A DNA stretch of 58,174 nucleotides from Salisapilia sapeloensis CBS 127946 (lineage: Eukaryota; Protista; Oomycota), in contig JAADVB010000107.1 in NCBI GenBank assembly GCA_023334545.1, positions 1 to 58,174 on the forward strand. The letters are read 5' to 3'. The position numbers and the translations under genes were made by a program. The stretch's first letter is position 1. Each line of letters opens with the position of its first letter. Positions 31,632-40,234 of this stretch are shown here, one piece after another. The notes beneath the pieces are model-generated. The model was not told where the DNA came from. It made no database searches and saw only the letters and a list, made by a program, of their open reading frames with translations.

Positions 31632-31717
31632 ATCGTTGCCTCATGTTTGCTTATACGAGCGTTATCTGTGTGTATTGGTATGCCGTTTGGTTCGTCAACA
31701 ACGAGGTTTTCGTCCCT

Positions 31718-32214
31718 TTATAGAGCCCCGACGCCGACACCTTCATGTGAGTTGCCACCATCCAGCTCCATTGCTTCAGCATCTGCTGCTTCGGACTGAA
31801 TTTTTCCCTTCTTTCCGCCTTTTACTTTGGTCTTGTCGCCAGTCGCTGGCTTGGTCACTGTCTATAACCGGACTAAATTAGCCACGTATGATATCAATCG
31901 GTGAAAACCACATACAATCGGGATGCCGAGCTCCTTGCACAGTGCTTCAGCTTCACTCCACTTTAATATGCCATATTCTATGCACCATTTGCGTGCCATT
32001 GTGCTTTCAGGACGCTGTCGGAGTAAACTTTCGTAAAAGACGCGATCGGCATATGCCTTTGGAACGGAGAATAGTACTTGTTAAGCATCTTGCCTTGATA
32101 TATAAATGCATGCATGTGTGGTGTGCCTACAGGAGCTGGTGTGGGGTGCTTTTGTCCTGGCTTCCTGTTCTCCTCCAGCTCCTTCGACCACTCCTCTTCG
32201 TCCGGTTCAGCCAT
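31718..32214 (-). CDS. Small conserved eukaryotic protein of unknown function (PGQK...FYESL...MA..W..EYG family)
   Basis: Spliced reading MAEPDEEEWSKELEENRKPGQKHPTPAP|...DRVFYESLLRQRPESTMARKWCIEYGIL...|Lys-rich tail. The motif resembles, from memory, uncharacterised plant proteins such as Arabidopsis At5g11600. Confidence 0.6.
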
Positions 32215-33552
32215 TTGCCTATTTTTCGATTTTGTGTTGGCATATGTGTCATTCCACACATTGCCATACAACCTGGTTACTGGTAAGGATATAGATTCCT
32301 CCCCAAAGCATGCTCTTCACGAAGCCTTTTAGACTGCTAACAGTGATTCAAAGTCACTCTGCTGTCGTTTTTATTAGCAATTCATGCATGTTACTCGTTC
32401 TTACTCATATATACCTTTGAAACGCCATTATTGTACAAGTGGACTACTTGCTAAAGGATAAGAATCTACCCCAAGTAGCCATTCAAAGCAAAACTCCCTT
32501 TATATAATTCTAACACTATATTAGCTGCGAGGATCAGCAGCATTATTCTCCACGCACCAGCCTTTGCCATAGGAAAGATTCAAGCATAAATTAACTGCCA
32601 TATGAGGCTCTTTACATTCAAAGACCCAGTCCGAATGTTTGATTCTGCATCAATCATTTTAAAGTGAGGCTGGCGACGGTAATATCAGCTTAAATGATAC
32701 CTCGTCAACTAAATACGAAATGAATCATATTGAAGAAGCATGAAAGCATCTGAGCAATGTGTGTCAAAGTCAAATGACCAGAAATCAGCAAACGCAGAGT
32801 CGGATGATCCGAGTTACCATAAATACGCATCCCGAGCGTGGCTCCTCAGTTTTAACACATAGCGAGTCAGTGTGAGCATAGTCCAAGCATTGTAGTAGTA
32901 TGGCTTTTCCGCATGCGATAAAGTGTCGGCAGTGACTACTGGTGTCGTGGACAAAGATGCGTTTGCGTCTATGAAAGCAGTGGTTTACATCAACAAAAGC
33001 TCTTTCTAAGACGTCAAAGGAGTCATGTTTTGCGTTGGATGGGTAAATGGTAGCGAGTAGTCTGGTTTGATGGCACTTAGTACTTCAATGTCATTCGCAA
33101 ATGCCAAACTTGCTACCCGGGATAGATAACAAACTTGAACCCCAACTTACCATGCTTTATCAGTCATTCTGTGGTGTTACGTTGTGTCTATTTGAAGAGA
33201 TTATGCCCATCAAACAACCTCCTCGTAGTGATCGCAGGGTGATTATCAATATTAAGATTACTGTATCGTGGCAAGTAAAGATTCGAAATTTGACTTGTGA
33301 TGCTCACTGGGATAGTTTGATTCTAGAACGCATAACGCAGCGTATTGGTGGCAAACACTTAAAGCTTTCGACAAGAAGAGGACATCTAGCAACATGAATT
33401 GCATTATGTACCAGACTGACAAATCTCGTGCTTGAGAGAGCTTCGTCAGCTCCGCACATCGAAACCATATAAAAACATCCATCATATATTTAATACACAT
33501 TCAGAGCGTATAAATAGTCACTTATACATGGATTCGTTCTATCGTAAATGAG

Positions 33553-36348
33553 ATGTCCGTATCTCAAATACTTGAATGCGAGCGAAGACAAATGAGTATG
33601 GGTGATAACGATGCTGTTTTTGCCCACCTACACTCGTCTCCACTAGTGGTACGACGCCAAGGAGCTGCTCCAAAGGACTTGGCTCTACTGCGCAACCCAA
33701 GCTCTGGTTCAATCCCTTCCGTGCCTCGTCGCACGTCGTCCATGTCGTCTTCATCTTCCGGATCGTCTGAAGTCGATGACACTTTCTTGGGCGCTCGCAG
33801 TGGATTGGAGCCAGTGGAGATCATCGACGTGAAGGAAGAGAGACGACTACTTATACAGTGTCTCCGGGAAGCTCATCGACGCGTTGTTTGGCGGACGGAA
33901 GTGGCGGATCTTCACACATTTCGCAAAGTACTGAGCTACGGCTGTCGAGCGCTGCATTTCTCCGGCCATGGTGTTCCAGGTCGTGTCATTTTCGAGAATG
34001 CAAAAGGAGAGGCTCAGTTCCTCTGTCAGGACGAACTACGCGAGCTTTTATTGGCAGGAGGTAGGACAAGGAAGACAAAGGACACTGGAAATGTCACGTG
34101 TAGCGGCAGTTTCATGCAACAGCTTAATGCACTTATGGCAAAGAAGTGCCAGGCTTTTAGTCAGGACAGCTTAGTGGAAGCAGAGAGTCTAGCGAGGGAG
34201 ACAGAACGGATATCTCTGCAGGATCCTACTCGTATTAAGAACACAGAACCGCCGATGCGTTTGGTCTTCGTAAGTGCTTGTCACTCTGAAAGCGTAGCGT
34301 CCGCTTTCGTAGCAGTAGGTGTTCCTCATGTCGTCGTCGTGTCACGGAACGACAAGGTGCTGGATAAGACAGCCATGGAATTCTCGAAAGCCTTTTACAC
34401 TGCACTCTTCGCCGGCCATGAAGTCGACCGAGCGTTCGAGATCGGACAAGTGCAGGCAGATCTGGCTGCTGGCGCTTTCAATTCAAGTGATTCTAGTCAT
34501 CACCATCACACCAAGTCTGGACGTTTTAAACTTCTAGGCAACGGCGACCACAGTGAAAGACTGTTCAAGGACTTGACTCCAGGCGAGTTTATCACGCAGT
34601 CGCCATCTCTCCCGACGAACGAGTGTGACGCCGTGGCAGAAGTCTTTGTCGGTCGGTCACTAGAAGTCCACAGCGCATACAAGTCACTCGTGGAAGGCGC
34701 TCGTCTCGTTAGTATCACAGGAGAGTTTGGCATTGGTAAAACTGAAGTCGCTCTGCAATGTGCTCAGTACGCGACGGAGCGTCGCATTTTCCAACACATC
34801 TTTTTCCTTACATTCGACTCTAGATGCGACACTGACAGCACCAACTTTGTCGCTCGATTCGCTAAAGCGTTGCATGTACCGGCCTCAGGAGACTGCTATG
34901 ACGATTTTGCTGATGCTGTGAGGTTTAAATACGCCGAAGACGGCAAGTTCCTGCTCGTGCTGGACGGATGCAACCGTGTCATTCGTCAAAACAATGCTTT
35001 CCGTCGTATCATTCGCCTCTTGCTTCGAAGAGTAAGTTCGTTAGCTATACTCGTCACAGGAGACGGTAAGATAGGCGGTATGGATGGCGTTGGGGAGAAG
35101 ATAGTGGCGATCGATCGGATGCCGCCACTAGACGCTGCTCTGCTCTTCACGCTCCGAGCGCCACGGAAGATCAAGGCGCATGAAATGGGTGACAGTCCGG
35201 ACTTGGCTGCCTTTGGAGAGCATCCAGTCATTAAGAAAGTAGATGGCCATCCGCGAGCTATTTGCGCCGTATCCCAGTTCCTCGACCATAAGGACATGGA
35301 ACTGGATCAGCACGAGTTTTTGAATTACATTATTCCCTCCGTCAACGTCGGATTGCGCTCCTGCAGTTCATCCTCCATCGATACGTTGTCTGACACGAAT
35401 TCTAAAGAGTCCATGAACACAAGCATGTCCACTCCTACGTCACATTCAGATCTACTGCCGCACGGGAGCAGTAGCGGTAGTTGGAAGTCGTCTGCTTCGA
35501 GTGCCGACATCCTCGTTGATCGTCATCCTCTGCGCAAAAGTTTGAGTGAGCGATCTTCTCGAAGTGACTCGGAGCTAAGGAGCCACATATCATCTACTCC
35601 TCAAGCTTCTGTCGTTCAAATGTGCATCACCAAGGTGGCCGAAGACGCCATCCAGACGGTGGAAAGTTGGGAGGCAAGTGGTATGTGGGCGTTTGCCGTC
35701 ATTGAAAGCTTTGGAAAAGATCAGCTCGAGTCTTCTAATGAGTGCATTACTCGGCTGTTACAGATCGAGAGAGTACCCATGCAATACCTCGCTGTGCAGC
35801 TCTGCCGATACTTTGCCATCCAGTTGAAAGGTGACGCTGTCAAGCGGCCATTGTCCCTTCGAAGTATTGAGTTTCTAGTTCAGAGCGCTTGTATCTGGGG
35901 TGTCACGTCTCCACCGTCGACAGCTCCGAAGAAACATGTGACGAAAAGGATGTTTGCCTGCTTTTGGAAGTGGTTCGAGCCACTGACGGAAGCTATTGTC
36001 GCATCTGGACTGTGGGGATATACCCAGCCTCGCTTACTCCATGGCTTTCTCTCCAAGAGTGCGACGATCAATATGCTGCAGAAGGCGCCTCCTGGTACCT
36101 TTTTACTACGATGCAGTGAAACGAGACAACGGTGCATCGTCATTGCGTACGTGCATGACGACGGAAATGTGCAGTTTGTGCCTGTGACGTACCAAAAGGA
36201 GGAAGGAAGGTGGTTTGTTGAGCTGCAGAAGCAACGTCGCGGAGTCACGTTTGCGACGATAACGGAGCTTATACTGAGTGTGTCCGTACTCAAAGTTCTT
36301 TTCCCGTACACGCCAAAGGAGACTGCGTTTCCAAGTTTTCTCAACTGA
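33553..36348 (+). CDS. CHAT (caspase-like) protease + NB-ARC/STAND ATPase + STAT-type linker-SH2 protein
   Basis: LHFSGHG (H139) and LVFVSACHS (C243) CHAT dyad. Walker A GEFGIGKT (390-397), Walker B LLVLDG (D471), ILVTG and GHPRAI (GLPL-like). C-terminal FWKWF...LHGFLSK...PGTFLLRCSE (R853) SH2. Intronless. Confidence 0.88.
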   Translation: MSVSQILECERRQMSMGDNDAVFAHLHSSPLVVRRQGAAPKDLALLRNPSSGSIPSVPRRTSSMSSSSSGSSEVDDTFLGARSGLEPVEIIDVKEERRLLIQCLREAHRRVVWRTEVADLHTFRKVLSYGCRALHFSGHGVPGRVIFENAKGEAQFLCQDELRELLLAGGRTRKTKDTGNVTCSGSFMQQLNALMAKKCQAFSQDSLVEAESLARETERISLQDPTRIKNTEPPMRLVFVSACHSESVASAFVAVGVPHVVVVSRNDKVLDKTAMEFSKAFYTALFAGHEVDRAFEIGQVQADLAAGAFNSSDSSHHHHTKSGRFKLLGNGDHSERLFKDLTPGEFITQSPSLPTNECDAVAEVFVGRSLEVHSAYKSLVEGARLVSITGEFGIGKTEVALQCAQYATERRIFQHIFFLTFDSRCDTDSTNFVARFAKALHVPASGDCYDDFADAVRFKYAEDGKFLLVLDGCNRVIRQNNAFRRIIRLLLRRVSSLAILVTGDGKIGGMDGVGEKIVAIDRMPPLDAALLFTLRAPRKIKAHEMGDSPDLAAFGEHPVIKKVDGHPRAICAVSQFLDHKDMELDQHEFLNYIIPSVNVGLRSCSSSSIDTLSDTNSKESMNTSMSTPTSHSDLLPHGSSSGSWKSSASSADILVDRHPLRKSLSERSSRSDSELRSHISSTPQASVVQMCITKVAEDAIQTVESWEASGMWAFAVIESFGKDQLESSNECITRLLQIERVPMQYLAVQLCRYFAIQLKGDAVKRPLSLRSIEFLVQSACIWGVTSPPSTAPKKHVTKRMFACFWKWFEPLTEAIVASGLWGYTQPRLLHGFLSKSATINMLQKAPPGTFLLRCSETRQRCIVIAYVHDDGNVQFVPVTYQKEEGRWFVELQKQRRGVTFATITELILSVSVLKVLFPYTPKETAFPSFLN

Positions 36349-37895
36349 GCAAGACAAGTCTGATTTTATGTAATATGAAAAGTGTTCAAACAAGATTAAA
36401 TTCGGTCACGTGTGTCTGAGCTTCTGACAAGTAGTAATATTTTAGCAACGAGTTTCCACGTATCCTCGTATTCTTCAAAGCGTCATTGTCGTTTTTAATA
36501 AATTCTTATGCTGAGTGAAAAGATACCTAAATAAAGTATCTTTTATTGATAGTCCCTAGACAATTTTTAAAACTAGGCTAGCCTCTTTATGCGTGGAATT
36601 AAATGCCCGATTCTACCTTTATCATGAACTGTACTTACTACTTGCCGTCAATTAAGCAAATGTCTACAACTTATTATTGCAAATCGACTTATAAAGCAAA
36701 AGTTTATCAAAGCAAGTAATAATTTCCACAGCTTTCATTATCATGTACATTTCTCGCTCTTCATCGATCGCCTTATCATGCTGAGGAAACGCCAACTTTC
36801 GGAGTTCCTCGAGTAACCGAATTTCATATCGCAGATCGAATCGTGCAAATATGTCGTGGCAGAGAACTTTTAGACCTACACTGCAAATGAAAAGCTTTTT
36901 ATTTTCTACTATCGAACTCGTCTAGTCGAGAAAAGTCCGTCATACTGTAGCTTGACCAACGTTGACCTGAGCACTAGATGATAAATGAGTTCAGAACGAA
37001 TGTACTGGCAAACTAAGAACAGCTTCAATTGTTGGAAGAAGGATACAATTGGTCCTCCATTATCCATGCACCAAGCTCTACATGTTGATACAGCAACACG
37101 TTTGCAGAATGAAGTAGATAAAACCACTAAAGCAGGAAGTCGTACTAGCGGACTTCAAGTTGACGGTCATGTCTCACAAATTTCTTTCAACTTCACATGT
37201 CCTCTTCGTCTTATTCGTCGCTTTTTATATAGGACAGTAAAAGTAACCGAAGTGGTCATTAACGTTTCCCGCCGTCTCCGCGTGTGGCGCGTGATGCGCA
37301 TCACTAGCTTTCCCCAGCCTATATGAATAAACTTCAGTCTATCAATTCAATGATTGCAAGCACCCATTTTTCTTCATCTACATTTTCGGTTGTACCTTGT
37401 GAAGTAAGCCTAAGGAGCGAGGAAGAGCTCGCTCCATTTAAACTGATGAAGTAGCGCTACCCCTCGAAGGATGAATTCACTTGGCTTGACTATGCCTCGA
37501 CATGCTGAATCGTCAGCATCGCTTTGTGATCCAGTCATATAATTCAAAGCGGGAAAGAAGAGTTTGTGGAGCCGCGAGACTTTTGAACATACGCCCACAC
37601 GCTTTCGAGATACGTCGACAAACATCCCTCCAGACATTCTGTACGACCCTGCACGACAAAGGTACATGTCTTTCCTATCACGAGATAAATCATGCTCGTC
37701 CGTACGAGCTCTCGCTTTCATCCCGCCGCTTGTGCTACGTGCGCCACGCACCAAGTGTTGGCACTTGTCGATTAACTCATGATCGCATGTCATTTTCCAT
37801 GGAACTTATAACTGGATCCAATACACTCGAAACTAGTCATGCACAATGCACAATACACAATACACTGGTACTAATGCATACGAATCCATAGGAAA

Positions 37896-39332
37896 ATGAC
37901 TTGTGAAACTGAGAAAACACCAGAAGAGGTGCCAGCGAGTCCGGACCAGGAGAACGAGGCCGCACTGAGCAACACGACGCTCGACTCGCAGTCAGAGGAC
38001 ATGCCGGTCAAGCAAGAAGGGTCAAATAACATTGACCCAGAAGAGACAGCCATGATTCTCACCTCCCTTTCCAAGCCTGGAGGCAAGACGATGCCGGACC
38101 GGAAAGCCAAGGGCAAGAAGAAGGTCACACCAGCTAAGCGGAAGCGCGCCGCCAAGCCCGAACCAAAGAACAAGAAGGTTCGTGCCGAGTCGGAGGAAGA
38201 AGACGCGTTCGACCGCGAGAGCCATCGCATCGGACAGGTCAACTTTGACGGTCCCGAAGGCAAGAAACTCGACTTTACCGACGCTCAGGGGAATGCCCAC
38301 TCATTCCATAAAGAGAGCAACCGTGTCAAGAGTCTCGTGACGAGTCAAATCGGTCTAGACGAGCTCCGTAGGCACTTTGATCGTCCGATTCTCGACGTCG
38401 CCAAGGACTTTGGCGTCTGCATCACGCTCATGAAGAAGATCTGTCGTCGCAACGGCATCAACCGGTGGCCGCATCGTCAGATCCGATCTATTTCCAAAAG
38501 CATTGCGTCCATGGAAGCCGCCCTGCTCTCTGCTTCCGGTCCAGAGAAGGCTCGGTACCGACAACAAATCGACTTTCTTCGTCAAAAGCGAGAGTTGGTG
38601 ATCAGCGATCCGAGTGCGCATGCCGAAGCGCCTGGATCGTCAGTCCCGAAGAACAAGCCGACGAAGACGTATCGGAAGAAGACGCCTAGGGAAAAGGAGG
38701 AAAGTGGTGAGAAGAATGCGTCGAAAGGTGGACGATGGACAGCTGAGGAACACGCTGCTTTTCTTGAAGGCATCCGTCTCTACGGAAAGGAGTGGAGGAG
38801 GGTCGCACAGGTGGTCAAGACCCGATCGGCCGTACAGACCCGGACGCACGCGCAAAAGTATTTGCTTAAATTCGCAGGCTCGAACCGCTTTGACGCTCCT
38901 TCGCCTGCGATTCTCGGAGGAAATTTCCCTGTGGATAAGCAAGAGCCGACGGAATCGTACACGAGTATGATGAGCGACGGCAAGGAAGAGAGGGACGATA
39001 CGTTTGCGTTCGATTTGTCAGCGTATGCGTCAACGATGCCTGCCGATGGCGACAATGGATCCAACGGAGACGGCATTCCGAGTCTGACGATCGGCATCTC
39101 GTCGCTCGAGTCGGACCCGACGAACATGCAGCTTCAGGACGACAACGCCTCGGCCGGAACGGAGGAAGAAGCTCCCGTTCGGTCTCCGCCAAAGGAAGCT
39201 ATGGCGATGATTTTGAATAGCCCCGAGTTTCGGTCGCAGGCGTTCCAGGACTCGATGAGCGGGAACGAGCGCAAGCAGATGGAGGAACCGCTGACGTTGT
39301 CCGAGTCGCACGAGATGGCGGACCTCGTTTGA
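37896..39332 (+). CDS. RWP-RK + SHAQKYF-class Myb double DNA-binding transcription factor
   Basis: IGLDELRRHFDRPILDVAKDFGVCITLMKKICRRNGINRWPHRQI (RWP-RK) and GRWTAEEHAAFLEGIRLYGKEWRRVAQVVKTRSAVQTRTHAQKY (Myb). Lys/Arg-rich NLS-like segments. Confidence 0.9.
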   Translation: MTCETEKTPEEVPASPDQENEAALSNTTLDSQSEDMPVKQEGSNNIDPEETAMILTSLSKPGGKTMPDRKAKGKKKVTPAKRKRAAKPEPKNKKVRAESEEEDAFDRESHRIGQVNFDGPEGKKLDFTDAQGNAHSFHKESNRVKSLVTSQIGLDELRRHFDRPILDVAKDFGVCITLMKKICRRNGINRWPHRQIRSISKSIASMEAALLSASGPEKARYRQQIDFLRQKRELVISDPSAHAEAPGSSVPKNKPTKTYRKKTPREKEESGEKNASKGGRWTAEEHAAFLEGIRLYGKEWRRVAQVVKTRSAVQTRTHAQKYLLKFAGSNRFDAPSPAILGGNFPVDKQEPTESYTSMMSDGKEERDDTFAFDLSAYASTMPADGDNGSNGDGIPSLTIGISSLESDPTNMQLQDDNASAGTEEEAPVRSPPKEAMAMILNSPEFRSQAFQDSMSGNERKQMEEPLTLSESHEMADLV

Positions 39333-39705
39333 GACTTGTAGATCGTACGAACGTCAGTAGGAAGCTCGCTTTACGTGCGTATGAAGTTTCCGTTCAAAGG
39401 CAGGCTTGGGCGGCGCAAGCGATTTTCGGTAGGACGTGGAGCTAAGAATCGAATGGAAAGAGAAAAGAAAAACACGAATACTTGGCACATGCATCGTTCG
39501 TACCTAGGCGTATAAGACCTGTCGACTAGGAGTGTCCTGAAGAGAGAGCGCGTAAGAGTAAGTGAAAGGATAGAAGAGGCAGGAGTATGACGTCCGTCCG
39601 TGACAGTTCATCTCGTTTATTGCTGCTTACGAAACTTTTGTTCTCTCGCGATGTCTTCGGAAGCACACGGAAAGGAAAGGAAAAGAGACCTTTTACAAAG
39701 CAAAC

Positions 39706-40107
39706 TTACTGCTGCTTGCTCTCCACTTCCTTGACAAGCTTGGCCAGCTCCTCCGGGTTGTAGAGCTTGAAATACTTCTCGATCTGTGGCAGGTAGTGGA
39801 TCTTGCCCTGCTTCAGGTTGAACCAGAAGATGTACGACGCGTCGTTGTGCGAGACGCCGACGGCACGCTCTTCGTGGAACGACGGCACGAGGATTGGGTC
39901 GTCCTTCGAGTTGCCCTGCGCCTCGGTCGTCTCGATCGGATCACGGTTGAAACGATCGCGGCCCTGCCACATGGCCTCGAGCTCTTCACGTTCACGACCG
40001 ACAGCGTGCTCCGAGTCGTCCGGGATGCCTCGAGACGAAAGGAAGCGAGCCTGCGAGTAGGCAACCGACCGCTTGAGCGGGGCGGAGAGTGCACGGATCA
40101 GAGTCAT
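39706..40107 (-). CDS. COX5B: Cytochrome c oxidase subunit 5b (cysteine-free)
   Basis: Transit peptide, IPDDSEHAVGREREEL, GNSKDDPILVPSFHEERAVG and WFNLKQGKIHYLPQIEKYFKL align with the COX5B core. Confidence 0.82.
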   Translation of the reverse strand: MTLIRALSAPLKRSVAYSQARFLSSRGIPDDSEHAVGREREELEAMWQGRDRFNRDPIETTEAQGNSKDDPILVPSFHEERAVGVSHNDASYIFWFNLKQGKIHYLPQIEKYFKLYNPEELAKLVKEVESKQQ

Positions 40108-40234
40108 CGGTTCTGGTGGTTTTTCGCTTTTTGCTGTGTGGCCGAAGATGACCGGCCGAGTCGTGCGTTTTTATGAATATGTTTCTAACCACAAAATCAA
40201 AACATACGAACGATAAAAACGACTGGAAATTTCG

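Noticed and set aside
36909-37891. ORFs in the spacer upstream of RWP-RK-Myb
   Set aside because: Overlapping frames on both strands with no motif. More likely promoter or 5' UTR sequence.
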